64,000 nt of DNA from a virus. This document shows, piece after piece, positions 58,130 through 64,000 of the stretch (the first letter of the stretch is position 1; each line of letters begins with the position of its first letter). The notes below the pieces were generated by a model. That model was not told the origin of the DNA, did no database searches, and saw only the letters and a list, made by a program, of their open reading frames with translations. The DNA lies in IMG/VR virus record IMGVR_UViG_3300020469_003886, positions 1 to 64,000 of that record; one strand, given 5' to 3'. Made by a program: the position numbers and the translations under genes.

Positions 58130-58157
58130 ATTATAGTTGTTTTAATGTTTTTGTCAA
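58130..58157 (-). promoter_or_regulatory. sigma70-type promoter, probably leaderless
   Basis: TTGACA-N16-TATAAT-N7-ATG. Confidence 0.75.
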
Positions 58158-58160
58158 GTA

Positions 58161-59126
58161 TTATTTTAATTTTGATTCAAATTCTCTCAAACGTTTGTAT
58201 ACACTTGCAAGTTCAATAATAGTAGGCCATGCTTTTAATAGATATTGCATTGATCCTTCAACTCTTCCAAATGCTCTTATGATTTGTTGCATCACACCAA
58301 GTGTAACAACACCTGCTACAATGGCTGGTGCTAAAAATACATAAGCACTTAAAACGTTTGCTTGTAAATATGCCATACGTCCTACGTTAAAATACAAATA
58401 ACGTACATAACTTTTAAAGTGAATACTACGAACATCTGCAAACAGTTCATCAATTTTTTTTGGTCTTACATTTCCATCGTCTTCTGCAATAACTAATATT
58501 TTTCTGTATGCCGCTTCTTGTTTTTGAAGATCATATTCTACACCAACTAGTCGTAATACCCAACCTAGTCCTATTAAAAATATTGTTCCACCAAGTGTCC
58601 AAACTAATGCACCTGTAATTAATCCATATTGCCAATCACCAAAAAAGAAAATTGGTATTCCAATTGATAATCCAAACAGTATAGGTATAAATTGTATTAA
58701 TATCATTACTGCTTCAATTAGACTTGTGCCTAGTGATTCCATAATACGTGAAAATTTAACTGTGTCTTCTTGTACCCTTTGTGATGCACCTTCTATTTTT
58801 CGTGCTTTGTCATAAACACTGTGATACCACTCAACCATTGCTGTTCTCCAACGGAATAAAAAATGTGCTGTAAAGAAACTTATTAAAACATAAAGTCCAA
58901 CATACATACCTGCTAAAGTAATAAAAGAAAGAAGGCTTGCAAAATACTCTTCGATTGTAATTGCATTTGGTTCTGCAAGTGCTTTTTGTATCATATCATA
59001 AAAAACACCAAACCATTCGTTAATTTTTACGTCAATTTCTACTTGGACCCACAATGAAGATAAAATAATTGCTGATCCGAGCCATGCCCACAATAACCAC
59101 TTTCTGGTTGTAAAGAATCTAAACAT
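58161..59126 (-). CDS. sbmA: SbmA/BacA peptide transporter
   Basis: FYDMIQKAL, FRWRTAM, IEGASQRVQEDT, EAAYRK. Confidence 0.9.
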   Translation of the reverse strand: MFRFFTTRKWLLWAWLGSAIILSSLWVQVEIDVKINEWFGVFYDMIQKALAEPNAITIEEYFASLLSFITLAGMYVGLYVLISFFTAHFLFRWRTAMVEWYHSVYDKARKIEGASQRVQEDTVKFSRIMESLGTSLIEAVMILIQFIPILFGLSIGIPIFFFGDWQYGLITGALVWTLGGTIFLIGLGWVLRLVGVEYDLQKQEAAYRKILVIAEDDGNVRPKKIDELFADVRSIHFKSYVRYLYFNVGRMAYLQANVLSAYVFLAPAIVAGVVTLGVMQQIIRAFGRVEGSMQYLLKAWPTIIELASVYKRLREFESKLK

Positions 59127-59127
59127 A

Positions 59128-59439
59128 CTAGGCTTTTTCTACTGTACAGTTCAATGGATGACCTTGCGATCTAGCCTGTGCTGTAGTTTCAATTGCTTTT
59201 TGTTCTGCAATTTCGTGTGTGAATGTTCCGGCAACACCTTTGCCTTCTTCGTGAATCTGCATCATTACTGCTTCAGCGTCTTTTGGAGATTTTCTAAAAA
59301 TTGTTTTTAAAATTTCTGTAACAAAATCCATTGGTGTGTAATCATCATTCAACAAATACACATTAAACATACTAGGCTCATCTATTGTTGTCTTTGTACT
59401 TGTTGACGCTTGTACGTTTGCATTTCCTTGTTCTGTCAT
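59128..59439 (-). CDS. clpS: Clp protease adaptor ClpS
   Basis: LLNDDYTPMDFV, IHEEGKG, HPL. Confidence 0.95.
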   Translation of the reverse strand: MTEQGNANVQASTSTKTTIDEPSMFNVYLLNDDYTPMDFVTEILKTIFRKSPKDAEAVMMQIHEEGKGVAGTFTHEIAEQKAIETTAQARSQGHPLNCTVEKA

Positions 59440-59448
59440 TTTTTATCC

Positions 59449-60015
59449 TTATTGTATTTTATCTATTATTATTGCATCTGGCATGATATAAGGAACATAT
59501 TCTTGTCTATCTTCTCTATCGTTACCTTGATGAACTTCCATTTGCTCTTTACCTTGATCTTCTTTAATCAAATTAATTGGCATTGGTTGTCCTTTTCTCA
59601 TTTCTTCCATTTTTGCAACTTGTTCATGCATTTCTCTATTGTATTGTATAACATAAACACGAGGTTGTCTACCATTAATTGTGTATGCTACAATATCTAC
59701 CCAAGATTTTCCTTTTACATCCTTATTGTTGTCTATCAACCAAAGATATATTGCACCAGATCCTGGTTCTTTTATTTCTGGTTCTTCAACAAACGACCCA
59801 ATCATTATATATTTTTCGTTGTTTGGCCAATCATGATATGGATATCCATACATTGTTTTTAATCCTATCCAAGCACTAAGAATTGAAAACAATACTAATG
59901 TAGTAAGTGTGGCTTTTAAATACCATTTTGTTGTTGATGATGATATAAATATCCAAAGAACTGTTGCACCAATCAACATTAATAATAAAACTAAAAATAC
60001 GTGTCCTTGTATCAT
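59449..60015 (-). CDS. membrane protein, third gene of the MotA-like module
   Basis: Two N-terminal TMs, IYLW, PRVY; GGGAGG SD before MIQG. Confidence 0.7.
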   Translation of the reverse strand: MIQGHVFLVLLLMLIGATVLWIFISSSTTKWYLKATLTTLVLFSILSAWIGLKTMYGYPYHDWPNNEKYIMIGSFVEEPEIKEPGSGAIYLWLIDNNKDVKGKSWVDIVAYTINGRQPRVYVIQYNREMHEQVAKMEEMRKGQPMPINLIKEDQGKEQMEVHQGNDREDRQEYVPYIMPDAIIIDKIQ

Positions 60016-60016
60016 T

Positions 60017-60685
60017 CTATAATCCTCCCGGGCTCCATGCACCAGAGTTTGCATCTACTAATTTTCCAACTATTCCATAATTTAAAGTGTTGAAATTACT
60101 GACTGAGCCATCTTCATTTACTGTAAACCTTACCACTGTTGTCTCTACACCTTTTCTATCTAAATTTACTTCTCTTGCATACACAACATTATATGGATTT
60201 ATTTTTTCAACTTGTACTTGAATTGGTAAAGGCACATAGTTCTTTTCACCCATTTGCTCTACAGCAATTTTTTTGTTGTACCAATGCACATTAACAATGT
60301 ATTCGCCAGGTACTATACCTCTTATAGTAACCATTTCTTCATTTCTAAAGACAGTAATTATTTCTCCTTTTGGACCGTACACTGTATCATTTGATGTTCC
60401 TAAATCATCTCTACTAAGACTCATTAATCCAACGTCTTTTGATTTAAATCCTACGTAATTTCCCAAAGGATCTCTCATCCATAAGTCAACATCAGACGGT
60501 GAATCTGATGGCCAATTAATTTTTACAATAAATTCTGCAACCACTTCAACATTTGATTTTTTTGCTACTGGGTTGATTAATATAAATGCCATAACAAACA
60601 AAAATACAAAGCCAACAAGTGTATTGAATAATAGATCTATGAATGCTACCTGTGAACCGTAACTACGATGACGATTGGTTGCCAT
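60017..60685 (-). CDS. MotB/ExbD-like single-TM protein with unusual periplasmic domain
   Basis: AFIDLLFN TM with Asp; DVDLWMRDP, DDLG, GEYIVNVHWY. Confidence 0.65.
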   Translation of the reverse strand: MATNRHRSYGSQVAFIDLLFNTLVGFVFLFVMAFILINPVAKKSNVEVVAEFIVKINWPSDSPSDVDLWMRDPLGNYVGFKSKDVGLMSLSRDDLGTSNDTVYGPKGEIITVFRNEEMVTIRGIVPGEYIVNVHWYNKKIAVEQMGEKNYVPLPIQVQVEKINPYNVVYAREVNLDRKGVETTVVRFTVNEDGSVSNFNTLNYGIVGKLVDANSGAWSPGGL

Positions 60686-60686
60686 T

Positions 60687-61250
60687 TTAGTTACCTTTCT
60701 GCTCTACAACTCGCTCAACTAATTTTTCTGCTTGTAATGTTCTATAACGTTCTAGATCTTGATCTAATCTAAAGTATTGAACTTTAAGAATTGTACTTGT
60801 AATCAAACCTGTTAGGGTTGTATATAATGCTGTTGACATGCCAACTGCCATACTTGCTAATGCAGTTTGTACCGATGAAACGTTTGCAATATTAATTCCT
60901 GTAAAAGCACCTGCCAACATGAGAATAAACCCTGCTACTGTTCCTATCAAACCAAGTGTTAGTAGTACATCTGATGCAAACCAACCTGGTTCGTGTCTTG
61001 TATCTAAATTTTCTAATTTGTGTAACTCGCCATTTGCAAGTTGGCTTAATTTCCAACTTTCATACCCACAATGTAATGTCATTGAATAAAATATAAAAAG
61101 AATAAAAAATGATAATTTAGTTTTGTCGTTTGTCCATAAATCTTCGTGTACACCAAAACCTACTAAAACAACTGTCAATGCTATAATAAGTGTAAAGAAC
61201 CACCACCATTTAAGAAATATACTGTGTTTAGTTAATGATTTAATTGCCAT
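60687..61250 (-). CDS. MotA/TolQ/ExbB proton channel family protein
   Basis: LGLIGTVAGFI...GMSTALYTTLTGL. Confidence 0.85.
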   Translation of the reverse strand: MAIKSLTKHSIFLKWWWFFTLIIALTVVLVGFGVHEDLWTNDKTKLSFFILFIFYSMTLHCGYESWKLSQLANGELHKLENLDTRHEPGWFASDVLLTLGLIGTVAGFILMLAGAFTGINIANVSSVQTALASMAVGMSTALYTTLTGLITSTILKVQYFRLDQDLERYRTLQAEKLVERVVEQKGN

Positions 61251-61290
61251 GAGCCTCTTTTCCTAATACTACAATTATTTATCGTATTAA

Positions 61291-61323
61291 GAGAAACCCC
61301 GGCTGTGTTTACCGGGGTTCCGC
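61291..61323 (-). terminator. intrinsic terminator after hsp20
   Basis: GGAACCCCGG-TAAACACAG-CCGGGGTTTC-TCTT. Confidence 0.75.
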
Positions 61324-61346
61324 ATAAAGTAGTGTGTTAATTAAGA

Positions 61347-61787
61347 TTACTTAATATCAATAGTTTTTGGCTTTTTGTTCTCTGGAATAATTCTTTCCAT
61401 AGATACTCTAAGCAAACCATCTTTAAGTTCAGCACCTTTTATTTCTACATCATCTGCAATCGTAAATGCTTTTGTAAATTGTCTTTTAGAGATTCCTTTG
61501 TGGATAACTCCGTCTGTAGACTCTTTATCTTCATCAGATTTTACAGATTTAATAGTAAGTGTATTTTCAGCATACTCTACATTGATGTCTTTTTTGCTAA
61601 AACCAGCAAGTGCGACTTCAATATCGTAGGTATTATCACCTGTTCTTACAATATTGTAAGGTGGGTAATTTACTGTGGGTGCTGTGAAAACGTCACCTTC
61701 AAACATTCTTTCAAAATGGTCAAAAACGTCATCAAACCCAATAGTTACAGGACGTAACTGATTAAAAATAGATAGATTTCTTGTCAT
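61347..61787 (-). CDS. ibpA: small heat shock protein (Hsp20/IbpA)
   Basis: NYPPYNI, IEVALAGF, HKGISKRQF, LKDGLL. Confidence 0.95.
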   Translation of the reverse strand: MTRNLSIFNQLRPVTIGFDDVFDHFERMFEGDVFTAPTVNYPPYNIVRTGDNTYDIEVALAGFSKKDINVEYAENTLTIKSVKSDEDKESTDGVIHKGISKRQFTKAFTIADDVEIKGAELKDGLLRVSMERIIPENKKPKTIDIK

Positions 61788-61847
61788 AATAACTCCTCCT
61801 TTAAAGCAAGTTGTTTTAATGTAGATCCTATCAAAGCAATCTACATG
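61788..61847 (-). promoter_or_regulatory. ROSE-like RNA thermometer in the hsp20 leader
   Basis: 5' hairpin ATGTAGAT...ATCTACAT, then UUGCU opposite AGGAGG; TATAAATA and TTGACT/TATAAT upstream. Confidence 0.6.
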
Positions 61848-61911
61848 TGTATTTATACAGTTTTTTACTGTATGTATATTATATAAGCATGAATTTTAAA
61901 AAGTCAAGAGT

Positions 61912-62160
61912 CTAAGAGGATTTTTTTTCTATTTTATCTGAAAAAAGTTCAATATGTTGTCCTGGACCTGTTTTGCTTGGCAAATCACCATATGTTTCTG
62001 CATATTTTTTTATCACTTCTATGTAGAATACAGTAGAATTATGATGACATTTTTTATTAATTTCTGATAGTCCATTGTTTGTACCATCAATGTGTGTTGC
62101 TAGAGCTCTTGCGGCTTCTTTTTGTAGTGTACGTAAATCTAATGTTTCTAATTCTATCAT
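61912..62160 (-). CDS. hypothetical protein
   Basis: ORF after tRNA-Asp. Confidence 0.65.
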   Translation of the reverse strand: MIELETLDLRTLQKEAARALATHIDGTNNGLSEINKKCHHNSTVFYIEVIKKYAETYGDLPSKTGPGQHIELFSDKIEKKSS

Positions 62161-62172
62161 ATTATTTCTTTC

Positions 62173-62249
62173 TGGCGGGAGTGAAGGGACTCGAACCCTC
62201 GGCCTTCCGCGTGACAGGCGGACGCTCTAACCAACTGAGCTACACCCCC
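62173..62249 (-). tRNA. tRNA-Asp(GTC), CCA encoded
   Basis: Cloverleaf; TCCGC-CTGTCAC-GCGGA. Confidence 0.97.
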
Positions 62250-62251
62250 AA

Positions 62252-62327
62252 TGGTGGGTAATACAGGACTCGAACCTATGACCCTCTCGGTGTAAACGAG
62301 ATGCTCTACCAACTGAGCTAATCACCC
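62252..62327 (-). tRNA. tRNA-Val(TAC), CCA encoded
   Basis: Cloverleaf; TCTCG-TTTACAC-CGAGA; 2 nt from tRNA-Asp. Confidence 0.97.
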
Positions 62328-62698
62328 TTGATGTCAATTTCTGTTAATCCTCGTTCTCTATTTAAATACTTATATTCAACCTTGGTAGGATCAAATTGTT
62401 TAATTTCTTCAAATATTATATCTGTAGGTAAATCACCACAAGTATAGACATCAAGTTGTAATAACCCAGGATCTGTTTCATCCCAACAATGCAATGCTAT
62501 GTGAGAAGTTTCAATAATTACTAAACCAGTTAAGCCCCTGTTACCTGGCATATCTAAATATGTTGTAATAGGACCTTGACATATTTGCATACCAATTTTA
62601 GATACTAAATCTGTTAACCAAGTGTGAGCCCACTTCTGATTAGTAGGTGGCTTATTAACTTCGGCTCTTACTATTAGATGTTTGTGTTGTACCGTCAT
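62318..62698 (-). CDS. speD: S-adenosylmethionine decarboxylase proenzyme; stop codon lies inside tRNA-Val
   Basis: HKHLI, GLTG..IIETSHIALH, QLDVYTCG. Confidence 0.85.
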   Translation of the reverse strand: MTVQHKHLIVRAEVNKPPTNQKWAHTWLTDLVSKIGMQICQGPITTYLDMPGNRGLTGLVIIETSHIALHCWDETDPGLLQLDVYTCGDLPTDIIFEEIKQFDPTKVEYKYLNRERGLTEIDIKGD

Positions 62699-63440
62699 TT
62701 TTAAATACTGGGATTGGTTCCATTTTATGTAAATTCATACTTCTTATTTGACGATATTTATTCAACAACTCCACGTCACTGCCTATTGCAATAGCACCTT
62801 TTTCATCTAGTTCCATTGCTCGTTCCATTTGATCATACGTAAGACCTCCAAGTTGGTCTTTGTCTGTTCTTCCATCTTCCCACAAACCATCTGTTGGTGG
62901 TGCATCAATAATTTCTTGCATAATTCCTAAGTCTTTTCCTAATTGCCAAACTTCTGATTTCATTAAGTCTGCTAATGGAGATATATCAACACCGCCATCT
63001 CCATATTTTGTGTAAAAACCTACGCCAAAGTCTTCTACTTTATTACCTGTACCTACAACAATTCCTTGTTTAGCACCTGATATATGATGTAGTGTCATCA
63101 TTCTAAGTCTTGCTTTTGTATTTGCAAATGCATGTTCACTGCCGTAATCATTAAATGTATCTAACCAAAATCGTTCATACGTTCTGTTCAAATCAATTAC
63201 TTCATGTGTCACATTATTGAACTTTTGTTCTAACCAGGATCCATGTTCCATACTTAAATCATGTTGTGATTCGATTTGATTTATTGGCATAGAAACTGCA
63301 ATAGTTTTCATTCTAGTCATAGCACACAATGTACTAACCACTGACGAATCAATACCGCCTGAAATTCCTACAACTAATGTTTTACGATTATTTTCGTTAG
63401 CATATCTTTTTATCCATTTAGAAATTTTGTCTTGCAACAT
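62655..63440 (-). CDS. nadE: NH3-dependent NAD+ synthetase
   Basis: GISGGIDSS, NTKARLRM, GTGNKVE, GFYTKYGDGG, PTDGLW. Confidence 0.95.
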   Translation of the reverse strand: MLQDKISKWIKRYANENNRKTLVVGISGGIDSSVVSTLCAMTRMKTIAVSMPINQIESQHDLSMEHGSWLEQKFNNVTHEVIDLNRTYERFWLDTFNDYGSEHAFANTKARLRMMTLHHISGAKQGIVVGTGNKVEDFGVGFYTKYGDGGVDISPLADLMKSEVWQLGKDLGIMQEIIDAPPTDGLWEDGRTDKDQLGGLTYDQMERAMELDEKGAIAIGSDVELLNKYRQIRSMNLHKMEPIPVFKNDGTTQTSNSKSRS

Positions 63441-63446
63441 AAAGGA

Positions 63447-63803
63447 TTAACTCCTTCTTGATTTTTTCTTTGGAGAGATACCAAACTCAGCCGCTTCTGC
63501 TTCTTTTCTCAATTTATGAGCTCTTCTTACTGCACGTTTTTTATCTTCACGTTTTACAAAAGACGGTTTCATGTAATATCTTCTATCACGAAGCTCTTGC
63601 ATAACACCTTCTTTTAACAACATTTTTTTAAGTTTACGCATGGCTTTTTCAACGTTGTTATCAACAACTGCAACTGCCATTCCTGGTAACTTAGGTGGAC
63701 GTGGTCTTTTTTCTTTATTGTCTCTACCGTCTTTTTTGTTATAGCCTATGTCAAAAGACTTAACATCATATTTTTGTCTAGGTTTTCCTGTTTTCATATT
63801 CAT
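63447..63803 (-). CDS. rpsU: ribosomal protein bS21 with N-terminal extension
   Basis: VAVVDNNVEKAMRKLKK...EGVMQELRDRRYYMKPS. Confidence 0.88.
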   Translation of the reverse strand: MNMKTGKPRQKYDVKSFDIGYNKKDGRDNKEKRPRPPKLPGMAVAVVDNNVEKAMRKLKKMLLKEGVMQELRDRRYYMKPSFVKREDKKRAVRRAHKLRKEAEAAEFGISPKKKSRRS

Positions 63804-63836
63804 AATACTCTTATATTAACATCTTTATAATATTTG

Positions 63837-64000
63837 TCAACTCTTTTTTGCATCTGCGTCTTTACAAATGACTGCTATAATTCTGTTTCCGGCTTGTTTT
63901 GGTGGTGAATCATATTTGGTTTGCTCTAATTTTTTAACCATCATATTAATTTGATCAATAAACATTTTGCCGTTAGGTATTTCCCTACCTCGCAACCTCA
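63837..64000 (-). CDS. infC: translation initiation factor IF3 C-terminal part (truncated by window end; not in ORF track)
   Basis: Manual translation RLRGRE...YDSPPKQAGNRIIAVI matches IF3C FRGRE...PKxEG. Confidence 0.72.
   Translation of the reverse strand, partial: RLRGREIPNGKMFIDQINMMVKKLEQTKYDSPPKQAGNRIIAVICKDADAKKS

Noticed and set aside
59449-61250. Zorya defence system
   Set aside because: No long ZorA tail, no OmpA-type ZorB domain and no ZorC/D/E
61498-61508. Third DnaA box
   Set aside because: It lies inside hsp20 and is explained by the conserved VIHKG codons
151-62261. Numerous plus-strand ORFs in the track
   Set aside because: They are antisense shadows of well-supported minus-strand genes or tRNAs, with no recognisable motifs
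14102-62320. TAG stop-codon reassignment
   Set aside because: Long genes are intact in code 11, TAG ends complete proteins (ClpP, ClpS), and no suppressor tRNA is seen
1-64000. Bacterial chromosome or prophage-plus-host interpretation
   Set aside because: Housekeeping genes lack their operons, are mixed with phage hypotheticals and T4-like late motifs, and are all on one strand; no integrase or att duplication was noticed. Capsid and terminase genes are not in the window, so the phage call remains an inference

Overview
This is an AT-rich, densely coding segment in which essentially every credible gene is on the minus strand. It reads as part of a large T4-like/jumbo phage, probably of a marine alphaproteobacterium (inference). 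Support: a tail-fibre-like protein, an ATP-dependent DNA ligase, T4-type late-promoter-like TATAAATA/TAAATA motifs, sigma70-type promoters, 7 CCA-encoding tRNAs, and many host-like genes without their usual operon context. Those genes include pepA, sufS, sufT, nfuA, uvsE, rpiB, prs, guaC, nadE, speD, clpP, clpS, hsp20, sbmA, a porin, SOD, an ALDH7, bS21, IF3 and an omega-like protein. Most notable: (1) a ~12 kb block (20.8-33.2 kb) of proteins with capsid-targeting-like N-termini, built as strings of modules separated by prohead-protease-like xxE sites. Its cargo includes six cationic two-cysteine peptides, an ADP-ribosyltransferase-like domain, MnSOD, and nucleotidyltransferase, HAD and nuclease-like domains. 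(2) Six radical SAM/SPASM-twitch enzymes with tailoring enzymes and Fe-S assembly genes. (3) A curli-like secretion locus coupled to FecR and a CHASE2 adenylate cyclase. (4) Three genes whose stop codon is U8-A9-G10 of the following tRNA. (5) A set of apparently leaderless promoters in a window that also encodes IF3 and bS21. All calls come from motif recognition by eye; no database searches were run.
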